Shown here: positions 45,316 through 56,892 of the stretch, piece by piece
How positions within the stretch are numbered: position 1 is the first letter of the stretch
How the letters are laid out: each line of letters opens with the position of its first letter
Assembly: GCA_028712605.1 (NCBI GenBank)
Contig: JAQTPV010000001.1
Location: 1 to 62,352 of the forward strand
From: Minisyncoccota bacterium
GTDB taxonomy: Bacteria > Patescibacteriota > Minisyncoccia > Minisyncoccales > CG1-02-41-26
Reading direction: 5' to 3'
Length of the DNA: 62,352 nt
The notes under the pieces: model-generated
Seen by the model: only the letters and a program-made list of their open reading frames with translations
Databases searched by the model: none
Told to the model about the DNA's origin: nothing
Program-made: the position numbers and the translations under genes

Positions 45316-46263
45316 TTACTTAACCACACTATTGATAATGCCTTTCACGCTGTCTATAGGGATAGAGAAACCAATACTTTGAGAGCCAAGTACCGTAGCC
45401 ACATTAATACCCACTACTTGACCATCTAAATTAACTAAAGGTCCTCCGGAATTACCTGGGTTGATAGCCGCATCTGTTTGAATCACGCCAGTCAGACTTT
45501 CAGTACTCCCTCCTCCAGAGGCTTGGATATCACGATTTAAACCGGAGATAATGCCAACGGAAACAGAATTATTATACTCACCCAAAGCATTGCCCACAGC
45601 AAAAACACTTTGACCCAACTTCAAAGACGAGGAGCTACCCAAATCAATCTTGCTATAACTGGAACCGCTAATTTTAATCACGGCAATATCCAGATTGGCA
45701 TCACGATAAATCACGGCAGCCGCCCTTTGTGAACCATCATTTAAAAGCACAGTATATGTAGCTGAAGTATCTTCAGCTACATGACGGTTAGTTATGATAT
45801 AGCCATTATTGGATACCAAAAAGCCAGTGCCTGCCCCTACTTCTTGTTTTTCAGTACCCTTTTGCCGGTACATTGGCACCTGGATGTTGAAATCTTTAAA
45901 ATAGGGGTCGTCCCCGAAAGGATTGCCATAGACAATTTCTAATTTCGGCACATCCTTAGTAATAACAATAGAAACAACAGCCGGGGCTACCTTAGCCACA
46001 GCCGCTGTAAGCAGCTCTTCTTGAGATTTTTGTTTAACTACTTCTCTCCTGACAATTTCCTCTTGAACCAGCGGCGCTTTACCCACTTCTTCCTTTAAAA
46101 TTTTCTCTAAAGAATCTAGTCTTGTTTCTAAAATATTAATCTGCTTGTTGCTGTCTTTAAAGTTTTTAATACTCAAAAGTCCAAACAAGGCAATACTCCC
46201 TGCCATCAACACCAATAACAATATCCCTAATCCCCCAAAAATTGTTTTTATAATTTTCTGCAT
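45316..46263 (-). CDS. Trypsin-like serine protease (HtrA/S1C-like catalytic domain, no PDZ), membrane-anchored
   Basis: N-terminal TM helix, TNRHV (His), D (ANLDIAVIK), GNSGGPLVN (Ser). Confidence 0.85.
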   Translation of the reverse strand: MQKIIKTIFGGLGILLLVLMAGSIALFGLLSIKNFKDSNKQINILETRLDSLEKILKEEVGKAPLVQEEIVRREVVKQKSQEELLTAAVAKVAPAVVSIVITKDVPKLEIVYGNPFGDDPYFKDFNIQVPMYRQKGTEKQEVGAGTGFLVSNNGYIITNRHVAEDTSATYTVLLNDGSQRAAAVIYRDANLDIAVIKISGSSYSKIDLGSSSSLKLGQSVFAVGNALGEYNNSVSVGIISGLNRDIQASGGGSTESLTGVIQTDAAINPGNSGGPLVNLDGQVVGINVATVLGSQSIGFSIPIDSVKGIINSVVK

Positions 46264-46275
46264 ATCTTTTTCTTT

Positions 46276-46809
46276 CTAAATTTTACTACTTTTCTTTTTT
46301 AAAAACAACCAAAACAAAGACACGACTGCAATCGCCAGCAAAAAAAGCGAGGCCGGCAAAGTAAAACGCCCCTGCCAGAAAGAAGCAAGCGCCGCCAAAA
46401 GAAAGGGGCCGTTTCTTTCATCAAGAATAATCTGTAAAGGAATCTTAACACCCGAGTTGGCTTTCATCATAGGCTCCCCAACAAGGGGTTTGGCCACCAC
46501 CGAAAGATAAGTGGCGAAGACTCCAGCTTCTCGGCTTTTTATGGTTATGGCTACTTTTTTTGACTGGCCGCCCTCCAAAACAAAGCTTTCAGGCCTGGCT
46601 TTGATAATTTCAGAAAAACTATCAGGGTAAACTTCAAATAAGGCAACCTTATTATCTGGATTAGTAATCTCTATTTCTTTCTGAATCAAAACGTTAGCTT
46701 GACCATTTATATTTAGCGCAGCTGGACTAACCTTCAAGGAAACGGCCTGGGCAAGGCTGCAAACTAAAAGGGAAAAGAAAATTAAAACAACGATTAAAAA
46801 GTTTTTCAT
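46276..46809 (-). CDS. Hypothetical cell-surface protein (signal peptide, beta-rich domain, C-terminal TM anchor)
   Basis: The layout resembles DUF916-type surface proteins. This is weak and rests on architecture only. Confidence 0.45.
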   Translation of the reverse strand: MKNFLIVVLIFFSLLVCSLAQAVSLKVSPAALNINGQANVLIQKEIEITNPDNKVALFEVYPDSFSEIIKARPESFVLEGGQSKKVAITIKSREAGVFATYLSVVAKPLVGEPMMKANSGVKIPLQIILDERNGPFLLAALASFWQGRFTLPASLFLLAIAVVSLFWLFLKKKSSKI

Positions 46810-48614
46810 TGTTTAATAGCCCAAAAAGTAATCTCTCCTTTATTTAATCCAAAGTTACCTTGATAACTTAAGGGAATAGACAACTGCAAGGGCAAGGTTT
46901 GGCTTTTATTAGGGGTCAATTCAAGGCTAAAGGTATTCGGTCGCAATCCCGCAATAGATAAATTATCTCTAAAGATACCGGACCCAACCACTTCTGCCTC
47001 TAAAAAAACACCCATAGAACCATTATTGATACTTAAGGTAGTGGATGATTGCTGGCCGGGCCTTAACGTACCAAAATCTAGCTGATCAGGGCTAACTGAA
47101 AAGCTAATGATTGATTGGTCGCTTTCTGGTGGAACAGGTAACTTTTCAATATTAACGACCAATTGAGCCTGGTGCCCCATTGGAGCTATTCCAATTTTTA
47201 AATTTTCCTTAGGACTTCTTAAATAGCCCCTACCCTGCACAACCTGTTTTTCTAAAAACACTGGATAAAGGCCATCGGCTAAAATCTGTTGGTTAATTTC
47301 TACGGCGCCTAAAGCATTGGTTGTGAAATCAGAAGACCCTATCTTGATTTTCAGGGCTTCTATCTTTAAATCCTGCCAAGCACTTTGTTGCGGGTCCAAA
47401 AATTGAGTCTGTATTTTGATATTCTGATCGGCTTGGGAGACAATCAATTTAGTTAAAAACCAACCCTCCTCTAGCCACTCTCCAGAATACCAAACTACTT
47501 CATCATTGGGATCCAAAAAATAATTATCAGCCCCCACCTGCGGCGATAGACCGTTGACTAAGTACATCCAATTATTTTCATGGCCAATGCTATCTAAATA
47601 AAGCCCGAGGCCGGAAAACTCCTTAATATTATAATTGAAACCGCATTGTAGGGCACCCGAGGAAATCAGATCCAAGGCCGTTGCCCCGTTGACTTGAGCG
47701 TCACAAATAGTATTCTCCCCCTCAATCCTTAGATGATGCAAATTGAGATCGGTGGCAACGGGGTAAAACTTACCCAGTAAGGCCACCACCGCAAAACTGG
47801 TACAAAACTTATTATCGCCTGACTTTTGCCACCAAAAACCACCATCTGTATCCTGCAGTGATTGTAAAGATTGAACGGCGTGATGACCATTTTTGAACCA
47901 AGCGCTACCAAACGGATCTTGCTGCAGCTTATAAACAGCCGAGATAACCCAAGCATCAGAACAAGAATCAGAAACAGAACCTGCTGAATAAGGAAATCCT
48001 CCATCTTCATTTTGGGTTGATTTTAAATAAGCAGTCGCTCTTTGGACGGCCCCTGAAGTGTCAGCCGCTCCCGCTTCCTTTAGTGCCATAATGGCTGCTG
48101 CTGTATCGTTAGTATCGGAAGTAGCAGAAATGCTATACCCCCAGCCGCCATCTATATTTTGGTGGCTTAAAATATAGTCTTGGCTTGCCTGCACTTGACC
48201 TAACTGATCTTGCCCTAAAGCACCCAGCGCCAAAATGGCCCAAATATCATCATTTAATAAGTTAACATCGCCAAACTGATTATTCTGATAAAAGCCCTTT
48301 AGTTTTTCTACATAATTCTCATTACCAAAGTTAGTTGGATTTTTACCGACTGCAGTTAAAGCTAGAATATACTTGGCGTACCCTAGGGCTGTTTTTTCAT
48401 TCACGCTTTGCAAAAAACTTAAATCAAGATTAGTTTCACCAGCAGAAGTTAAGGCCATCAGAGACCAAGCGTCAAAAGGCTGACTCCTAAGATAGGAAAC
48501 GCCCTTTTGGGCTTGAGATTGATTACCCGTATCAACTTGAGCTAATCCAAAGGTTAAAAACAAAAAGCCCGCAATAATCAATAGGGCTAAAACAAGAAAA
48601 AATTTATGGCGCAT
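46806..48614 (-). CDS. Secreted prenyltransferase/squalene-oxidase-repeat protein with a DUF4430-like domain and a C-terminal beta-sandwich region
   Basis: Repeated QN.DGGWGY / QNEDGGFPYS / QDTDGGFWW motifs (alpha/alpha-toroid repeats). NWMYLVNG....GADNYFL.PNDEVVWYSG resembles DUF4430. The track start at 48671 is a TTG, so I use the ATG at 48614. Confidence 0.65.
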   Translation of the reverse strand: MRHKFFLVLALLIIAGFLFLTFGLAQVDTGNQSQAQKGVSYLRSQPFDAWSLMALTSAGETNLDLSFLQSVNEKTALGYAKYILALTAVGKNPTNFGNENYVEKLKGFYQNNQFGDVNLLNDDIWAILALGALGQDQLGQVQASQDYILSHQNIDGGWGYSISATSDTNDTAAAIMALKEAGAADTSGAVQRATAYLKSTQNEDGGFPYSAGSVSDSCSDAWVISAVYKLQQDPFGSAWFKNGHHAVQSLQSLQDTDGGFWWQKSGDNKFCTSFAVVALLGKFYPVATDLNLHHLRIEGENTICDAQVNGATALDLISSGALQCGFNYNIKEFSGLGLYLDSIGHENNWMYLVNGLSPQVGADNYFLDPNDEVVWYSGEWLEEGWFLTKLIVSQADQNIKIQTQFLDPQQSAWQDLKIEALKIKIGSSDFTTNALGAVEINQQILADGLYPVFLEKQVVQGRGYLRSPKENLKIGIAPMGHQAQLVVNIEKLPVPPESDQSIISFSVSPDQLDFGTLRPGQQSSTTLSINNGSMGVFLEAEVVGSGIFRDNLSIAGLRPNTFSLELTPNKSQTLPLQLSIPLSYQGNFGLNKGEITFWAIKQ

Positions 48615-48942
48615 AATGAAAAATCCCGCTTCAAGCGAGATGGGGGTTAGATCATTTAAGTTATAGCTCAAATGGTTAACCTCTCTTTGCTCGAAGAGAA
48701 AATAATTAACAGCTGCTTAATTAATCGGACAATTAAGCTTAAGGGCATTCTGGCTTCCCTGAAAGTTTTGAAAACTGACAGGGTTACAGTTGCGGCACAG
48801 CTCCGGATTCACACCGGATTCCCCCTTCAAGTAGGAAGGACTATCAAGCAGTGTTAATTGTAACGATTCAAAAGATAAAGTCAAGCTATTGGTTGCCTCA
48901 TCAAAAAAGAGGTGGTACAATAAAAATATAATTACTAAAACT

Positions 48943-49284
48943 ATGCCAAAAGAAACAAAAGAAAAAACACCCAAAGAATCAGCCGGCTGGAAAAAGGGTT
49001 TAAGTGGTTTGATAGAAACGCTTACCCAGCAAGCCACTAACTCTATTATTGAGCTTACCAAACATTCTATCCATCAAATCAATGAAGAAAAGAATAAAGC
49101 GGTAGCTAATTTTAAAAGAATGGTTATTTCTTCCATCTTGATGGGCGTAGGGTTTGTATTTTTATTGGTTGGCATCGCAATCGTTATCAACGAATACTTC
49201 ACCGCCCGAAATTCGCTTGGTTATATCTTGGTTGGCCTAGCTGTAGTGATTGCTGGTTTATGGATAGGGCGCAAAAAATCGTAA
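48943..49284 (+). CDS. YqjE/DUF1469-like (holin-X-like) small membrane protein
   Basis: Charged N-terminus followed by two hydrophobic helices (ISSILMGVGFVFLLVGIAIV, GYILVGLAVVIAGLWIG). It precedes a DUF883-like gene, as in yqjD-yqjE-type loci. Start moved to MPKETKE. Confidence 0.5.
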   Translation: MPKETKEKTPKESAGWKKGLSGLIETLTQQATNSIIELTKHSIHQINEEKNKAVANFKRMVISSILMGVGFVFLLVGIAIVINEYFTARNSLGYILVGLAVVIAGLWIGRKKS

Positions 49285-49323
49285 TTATACGTAAAAAGGT
49301 TGACAAAATAATTCAATTGAAAT

Positions 49324-49478
49324 ATGCCCCGTATGAGAATTTCGGCAGCTATTGAAAATAATTGCTAAATCCAAGCGGGGATAAATAAAAAATCAATGAA
49401 TTCTCCCATAGAAGAGCGAAGCTCTCTATGGGACTAATCCAGCAGACAGCTTCGCTGTTCTGCTGGGTTCTACGGGAT
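49324..49478 (+). promoter_or_regulatory. Leader element, copy B (paralog of 6154-6296)
   Basis: ATGCCCCGTATGAGAATTTCGGCAGCTATTGAAAATAATTGCTAAATCCAAGCGGGGATA..., then two strong hairpins (CCCATAGAAGAGC-GAA-GCTCTCTATGGG and CCAGCAGACAGC-TTCG-GCTGTTCTGCTGG). It ends CTACGGGAT just before the ATG at 49479. A TTGACA box lies at 49300. Confidence 0.5.
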
Positions 49479-49709
49479 ATGGCTAAAAAACAAATAGATG
49501 TAAAAAACGTCCAAGAACAAATGAAAGTGCTTCAGGCTAAAGCTGAAAAAGAAATTGAAAAGGTTAAAAAAGACTTAGAAAAAGCTAAAAACCAGGTAGA
49601 GGGCTTTGTGAAAAAGAATCCTGAAAAGGCAGCTTTAATTTCAGCTGGCATTGGCGTAGCCCTTGGGGCAGTTATGACAGCTTTGATGAAGGGCGGCAAG
49701 AAAAAATAA
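49479..49709 (+). CDS. DUF883 (ElaB/YqjD-like) membrane-anchored stress protein
   Basis: Coiled-coil N-terminus and C-terminal NPEKAALISAGIGVALGAVMTAL anchor. Start moved to MAKKQ at 49479. Confidence 0.6.
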   Translation: MAKKQIDVKNVQEQMKVLQAKAEKEIEKVKKDLEKAKNQVEGFVKKNPEKAALISAGIGVALGAVMTALMKGGKKK

Positions 49710-49728
49710 TTTTTCTCTTTGATATTAA

Positions 49729-49757
49729 AAAGGCGGCGGGTGTTACCCGCCGCCTTT
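49729..49757. terminator. Bidirectional intrinsic terminator (perfect 13-bp GC-rich stem)
   Basis: AAAGGCGGCGGGT-gtt-ACCCGCCGCCTTT, between convergent genes. Confidence 0.8.
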
Positions 49758-49769
49758 AGTTCATAAAGA

Positions 49770-50186
49770 CTAAATAAGTTTTTCTAAAGACAGGCTATCG
49801 GCTGGAACTCCTTTAATAATGTAGGCTGAAAAAATCAAATCAGGGAATTCGTCAGCCAGCAGTGATTTTATTTTAGATAGATCACTCGCTTGGGTTTTGT
49901 ACTCTTGATCAACGTCAGGAACCCCATAGGCGCCGCAATTGTCGTGGTATAGCATAACGACTTCTTGAATATTATGTAGTTGTTGGGAAAGTTTAATCTG
50001 CTTGATTAAAAAATCACGCTCGCCTGATTTATCAGACAATAAATCCTTACAGGCCCCCGCAACCGAAACTAAATCGTAAGATCCTTCAGAATAACCAACC
50101 CGCATCAACAATTGGCTTAAAATGCTGGGCTTAATACGAAAATCCATACAGCGAAAAACCAAAGCCCCACAACGATGATTAGTCAT
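49770..50186 (-). CDS. Small beta-carbonic-anhydrase-like protein (last gene after atpC)
   Basis: RCMDFR (C-x-D-x-R) and YHDNCG (H-x-x-C) match the zinc-ligand motifs of beta-class carbonic anhydrase. At 138 aa it is shorter than typical enzymes. Confidence 0.5.
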   Translation of the reverse strand: MTNHRCGALVFRCMDFRIKPSILSQLLMRVGYSEGSYDLVSVAGACKDLLSDKSGERDFLIKQIKLSQQLHNIQEVVMLYHDNCGAYGVPDVDQEYKTQASDLSKIKSLLADEFPDLIFSAYIIKGVPADSLSLEKLI

Positions 50187-50191
50187 ATTTT

Positions 50192-50620
50192 TTAATTTAT
50201 ATTTATGCTTCTACTTTTATGTCTTCTAACTACTTTAAGCCGGGCCAGCTCTTTCTCCAGATTAGAAACCAAGGCGGCGTTATCAACCATTTCCCGGCTG
50301 GCCGTTTTCATCATCTCTTCGGCCCTTCTTTTTGCTTCCTCGGCACGTTGTTCATCAATCTCGTAAGCATGCTCGGCCGTGTCAGCTAGAACTACAATTT
50401 CATTTTTCCCCACTTCTATTAAGCCACCGGAAACTGCCATCGGAATTTCTTTTTTGTTTTTTTTAAGCAACAACTCACCAGGCTTTAAAACAGAAACCAA
50501 AGGAATATGTTTTGGTAAAACCGTTATCTCCCCCTCGCTCGTAGGGAGAGTGGCTTGGTCAACCTCGTCCTCAAAAACAATTCTCTCTGGGGTGACAATT
50601 TTAAACTTGATTTTTTCCAT
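50192..50620 (-). CDS. atpC: F-type ATP synthase subunit epsilon
   Basis: KIVTPERIVFEDEVDQATLPTSEGEITVLPKHIPL, with a C-terminal helical hairpin. Confidence 0.9.
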   Translation of the reverse strand: MEKIKFKIVTPERIVFEDEVDQATLPTSEGEITVLPKHIPLVSVLKPGELLLKKNKKEIPMAVSGGLIEVGKNEIVVLADTAEHAYEIDEQRAEEAKRRAEEMMKTASREMVDNAALVSNLEKELARLKVVRRHKSRSININ

Positions 50621-50623
50621 AGA

Positions 50624-51994
<1,371 letters not shown>

Positions 51995-52009
51995 TTAAAA
52001 TTATTTTGA

Positions 52010-52918
52010 TTATCCCAAGGCCGCTTTAGCACCGGCGATTTCAGCAATTTCCCTGGTAATGCCGGCCTGTCTAGCTTGGTTATAAGTTAAAGTTAAGCCA
52101 TCAATTATGTCACCCGTAGCGTCAGAAGCATTCCTCATAGCCGCCATGCGAGCAGAATGCTCTGCGGCGTTGGATTCCAATAAGGCCTGATAAATCTGCA
52201 AGGTGATTAAATGGGGCAAAAATCTCGCTAGAATTTCATCGGGGTGAGGCTCAAACAAGATTTCTCCTTCATGGCCCCTAGTTTTAATTTGACTGTCATC
52301 ACTATACCATTCTTCGTTGGCCAAATTTTGAATAGGCAACAACAGCCTAATTTGCGGTCTTTGAGATAAAGCAGAAATAAAGTCCGTAAAAGCTAAAATA
52401 AATAAATCATATTGACCACTAGCATAGCCGTCCAAAATCATCTTGGATACGGGCAAAATTTCCTCCACAGTATTGGCTGCTTCTGCCTTCTCAAAAACAG
52501 CAGCCAGTTTTTTATGATGGCGGTTTAGCAATAAAGCCCCTTTTTTACCGATCACTATCCATTCATCGTCAACGCTATTTCCCAAAGAGCCCTTCAGCCT
52601 CTCAACGTAACTAATAGTTTTGCTGACAATCTGAGCATTAAAACCACCGCAAAGCCCTCTATTGCTGGAAAATAAAATGATACCAATCTTTTTAATTTCT
52701 TCCCGTTGATTTAAAAGCGGGTGCTGGCTTCTGTCTATCTTATCAGCAATATTAGCTAAAACATACCAGGCAGTTTGAGCATAATGACGAGATAAGGTAA
52801 CGGCCTTAACAGCCTTTCTCATTTTAGCGGCAGCCACCATTTCCATAGTCTTAGTAATCTTCTTGATATTCTTAATTGACTTAATCCTAGTTTTAATTAT
52901 CTTCACCGAAACAGCCAT
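52010..52918 (-). CDS. atpG: F-type ATP synthase subunit gamma
   Basis: IKTRIKSIKNIKKITKTMEMVAAAKMRKA N-terminus and C-terminal NQARQAGITREIAEI. Confidence 0.9.
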   Translation of the reverse strand: MAVSVKIIKTRIKSIKNIKKITKTMEMVAAAKMRKAVKAVTLSRHYAQTAWYVLANIADKIDRSQHPLLNQREEIKKIGIILFSSNRGLCGGFNAQIVSKTISYVERLKGSLGNSVDDEWIVIGKKGALLLNRHHKKLAAVFEKAEAANTVEEILPVSKMILDGYASGQYDLFILAFTDFISALSQRPQIRLLLPIQNLANEEWYSDDSQIKTRGHEGEILFEPHPDEILARFLPHLITLQIYQALLESNAAEHSARMAAMRNASDATGDIIDGLTLTYNQARQAGITREIAEIAGAKAALG

Positions 52919-52921
52919 AAA

Positions 52922-54433
52922 TTATTGATTAATGTAATCTAAGCCCTGCTTATAATTCGTGATGGCTTTCTTTAATTCTTCTTCAGCTTCTGGTCTCAAC
53001 TCTTTTTCCATCTTAATCTTGCTGAACAGTTTCTCGTGGGAAGTAGCGCAATATTTCAAAAGCCCTTTCTCAAAATCCTGAATTTTCTCCACAGGCAAAT
53101 CATCTAAATAACCATTAATGGCAGCATATAAAATAACTACCTGCTGTTCAACGGCCAAAGGCTGATACTGATCCTGTTTTAAAACTTCAGTCAGGCGCTT
53201 GCCCCTATTAATTTGTTTTTGCGTAGTTTGGTCCAAATCAGAGCCGAACTGGCTAAAGGCTGCCAATTCTCTGTACTGGGCCATCTCTAATTTCAGTCTG
53301 CCGGCCACTTGCTTCATGGCTTTAATTTGAGCAGCTGATCCCACTCTGGATACTGAAAGACCAGTATTGATAGCTGGCCGCACGCCCTGATAGAACAAGT
53401 CATTCTCTAAAAAAATCTGGCCATCAGTAATAGAAATAACATTGGTAGGGATATAAGCGGTAATATCGCCAGCTTGTGTTTCAATAATAGGCAGGGCCGT
53501 CAAGGTACCGCCACCATAATTTTCATTCAAACAAGCAGCTCTTTCCAATAAACGAGAATGCAAATAAAAAATATCACCCGGATAAGCCTCTCTGCCCGGT
53601 GGCCTCCTTAGTAATAAGGCTACCTCACGATAAGCCACAGCGTGTTTTGATAAGTCGTCATAGATAACCAAAACATCCTTGCCCTTGTCCATGAAATACT
53701 CTCCAAAAGAACAGCCAGCAAAAGGAGCAATATAAATCAAAGGGGCAGGATCAGATGCTCCAGCTAAAACCACGATTGTATAATCCATGGCCCCGTTGTC
53801 CTCTAACTCTTTCACCACTTGAGCCACCTTTGATTCTTTTTGTCCTATGGCCACATATATACAAACAACATCCTGGCCTTTCTGATTAATGATAGTATCA
53901 ATGGCAATGGCTGTTTTGCCACTTTTCCTATCACCAATAATTAGTTCTCGCTGCCCTCGACCAATCGGAATCATGGCATCAATAGCTTTTAGGCCAGTCT
54001 GCAAAGGCTGGCTCACTGGCTTTCTAGTAATAACGCGTGGAGCAATTTTTTCAATAGGATAAAATTGACCTGATTTAATGTCGCCTTTATCATCCAAAGG
54101 AAGGCCGAGAGGATTCACAACCCGCCCAATCATAGCCTCTCCCACAGGCACCTCTAAAATCCGGCCCGTACTTTTAACAATTTGCCCTTCAGCAATTTTT
54201 TGGCAATCACCCATAACCATAACGCCTACAACGTCTTCTTCCAAATTTAAAGCCACACCAAAAACCCCCTTACCGAAATCCAAAATTTCAGCCATCATAC
54301 ATTCAGTTAAACCGCTCACTTTAGCCACACCATCACCCACCTCAATAACCACACCAACCTTTTCCGCTTTAGTTTCACCCTGATAGGCCTGAATCTGCTT
54401 TTTAAGCGTTGCTATTATAAAATCTTGATTCAT
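52922..54433 (-). CDS. atpA: F-type ATP synthase subunit alpha
   Basis: Walker [10 protein letters not shown] and overall alpha-subunit pattern. Confidence 0.97.
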   Translation of the reverse strand: MNQDFIIATLKKQIQAYQGETKAEKVGVVIEVGDGVAKVSGLTECMMAEILDFGKGVFGVALNLEEDVVGVMVMGDCQKIAEGQIVKSTGRILEVPVGEAMIGRVVNPLGLPLDDKGDIKSGQFYPIEKIAPRVITRKPVSQPLQTGLKAIDAMIPIGRGQRELIIGDRKSGKTAIAIDTIINQKGQDVVCIYVAIGQKESKVAQVVKELEDNGAMDYTIVVLAGASDPAPLIYIAPFAGCSFGEYFMDKGKDVLVIYDDLSKHAVAYREVALLLRRPPGREAYPGDIFYLHSRLLERAACLNENYGGGTLTALPIIETQAGDITAYIPTNVISITDGQIFLENDLFYQGVRPAINTGLSVSRVGSAAQIKAMKQVAGRLKLEMAQYRELAAFSQFGSDLDQTTQKQINRGKRLTEVLKQDQYQPLAVEQQVVILYAAINGYLDDLPVEKIQDFEKGLLKYCATSHEKLFSKIKMEKELRPEAEEELKKAITNYKQGLDYINQ

Positions 54434-54452
54434 GTTGTTTTAAATTATAAAT

Positions 54453-54863
54453 TTAACAAGCCATCTGCGCTTTCAAATCTTCTAGTCTAGCCTTCAAGCT
54501 ACCATCAAAAACCTTATCGCCAATTTGCAATATTAAACCCCCCAAAATTTTGGCCTCAACCAATAAATTTAATCTTACTTTCCTCCCTAAAATCTTTTCT
54601 ATGGCCTTGTCTATTTTGTCGGCCTGCCGTTTATTTAATTGCCGGCTAGTAGTTATTTGAACCTCTGTTTCTCCTTCCTTCTTGGCTGCATATTCTTGAA
54701 AGTCACTAACAATTTCATCAAATTTATTTAAGAGCCCTTTTTTAGCTAAAAGGCCAGCAAAAACACCGACCTGTTTTTTTAGTTCCGCCTCACTTTTAGT
54801 CGATTGGCTAATTTCATACAATAAACGCCCATATTGCTTAATTATCCCTCTCTGTTTAACCAT
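54453..54863 (-). CDS. atpH: F-type ATP synthase subunit delta (short OSCP)
   Basis: Position between atpF and atpA. C-terminal ILGGLILQIGDKVFDGSLKARLEDLK. Confidence 0.75.
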   Translation of the reverse strand: MVKQRGIIKQYGRLLYEISQSTKSEAELKKQVGVFAGLLAKKGLLNKFDEIVSDFQEYAAKKEGETEVQITTSRQLNKRQADKIDKAIEKILGRKVRLNLLVEAKILGGLILQIGDKVFDGSLKARLEDLKAQMAC

Positions 54864-54870
54864 ATAAAGT

Positions 54871-55386
54871 CTACTTTTTTAGTTCGCGCTCTGCTTCCTG
54901 CAGGGCTTTTTGGATTACTTCTGCATCAATTTTTTCGGTAACCTCTCCGCTTAAAACTTTTTGAGTAGCTAAGGCCACCAGATCAGCTACTTCTTTTTTA
55001 ATCTGCTGGATCGTTTGTTTCTTTTCGGTTTCTATTTGTTTTTTGCCCTCTTCAGAAAGCCTTTCAGCTTCAATTTCGGCCTTAGCCAGTATTTGCCCCC
55101 TTTCTTGGTTAGCATTTTGATCCATTTCAACTAAAATTTTCTGGGCCTGCCGCCTAGCCTCTTGGATAATCTCTTTACGCTCTTTTTCAGCTTCAGCTAG
55201 CCTTTCAGCGCTCTCTTTAGCATCAGCCAAACCCTTTTCAATCATTCTAGCCCTTTCCTGCATCTTTTTACTCAAAGGCTTTAGGGCAAAAAACCATAGA
55301 ACAAGCACTACAATACCAAAATTAATCAGCTGGGCCAGCATCAGCCTCCAATCCAAATGAAACGTTTCAACGATTGGATTATTCAT
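54871..55386 (-). CDS. atpF: F-type ATP synthase subunit b
   Basis: One N-terminal TM helix followed by a long charged helix. Start moved to the Met at 55386. Confidence 0.8.
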   Translation of the reverse strand: MNNPIVETFHLDWRLMLAQLINFGIVVLVLWFFALKPLSKKMQERARMIEKGLADAKESAERLAEAEKERKEIIQEARRQAQKILVEMDQNANQERGQILAKAEIEAERLSEEGKKQIETEKKQTIQQIKKEVADLVALATQKVLSGEVTEKIDAEVIQKALQEAERELKK

Positions 55387-55396
55387 AAAATAAAAT

Positions 55397-56529
<1,133 letters not shown>

Positions 56530-56531
56530 AA

Positions 56532-56789
56532 TTATTGCTTACCCTGTTTTTCAATGCTTTTTATAAATCTTCTTGTCTCTTTCACAATCCCAAAACAGGT
56601 TGCTAAGAAAGCCAGACTCAAGCAAACCAAAAACAGCCAAGGCTTGGTGTTATACTTCTGATCAAGAAATTGCCCTACCAACAAAGCTAAAATAATTGGA
56701 CCAATCAACCAGCCAGATAGTTGAACGAATAATTGCCATCCCTGCCTCTGGAATTTTTTATCATCATTATCAATTTTCTTATTTTCCAT
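56532..56789 (-). CDS. AtpZ/AtpI-like small membrane protein
   Basis: Two TM helices. First gene of the F-type operon. GPIILALLVGQFLDQKYNTKPW resembles ATPase_gene1. Confidence 0.65.
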   Translation of the reverse strand: MENKKIDNDDKKFQRQGWQLFVQLSGWLIGPIILALLVGQFLDQKYNTKPWLFLVCLSLAFLATCFGIVKETRRFIKSIEKQGKQ

Positions 56790-56824
56790 AAAAAAATATC
56801 TTTCAACGATACGCGAAAGATTTA

Positions 56825-56852
56825 ATTATAGCCAGATGTAGCCAAAATTCAA
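56825..56852 (-). promoter_or_regulatory. Sigma70-like promoter candidate for the F-type operon (TTGAAT-16-TATAAT)
   Basis: Minus-strand hexamers: TTGAAT (56852-56847) and TATAAT (56830-56825), preceded by TGGC. Confidence 0.4.
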
Positions 56853-56892
56853 GAGCCAATATAACCACTAACTTCTAGGCTGGCTCCGCAAC

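Noticed and set aside
48717-49061. 114-aa minus-strand ORF
   Set aside because: It overlaps the plus-strand DUF1469-like gene and its promoter region. It has no upstream partner or RBS, and the plus-strand gene pairs sensibly with the downstream DUF883 gene.
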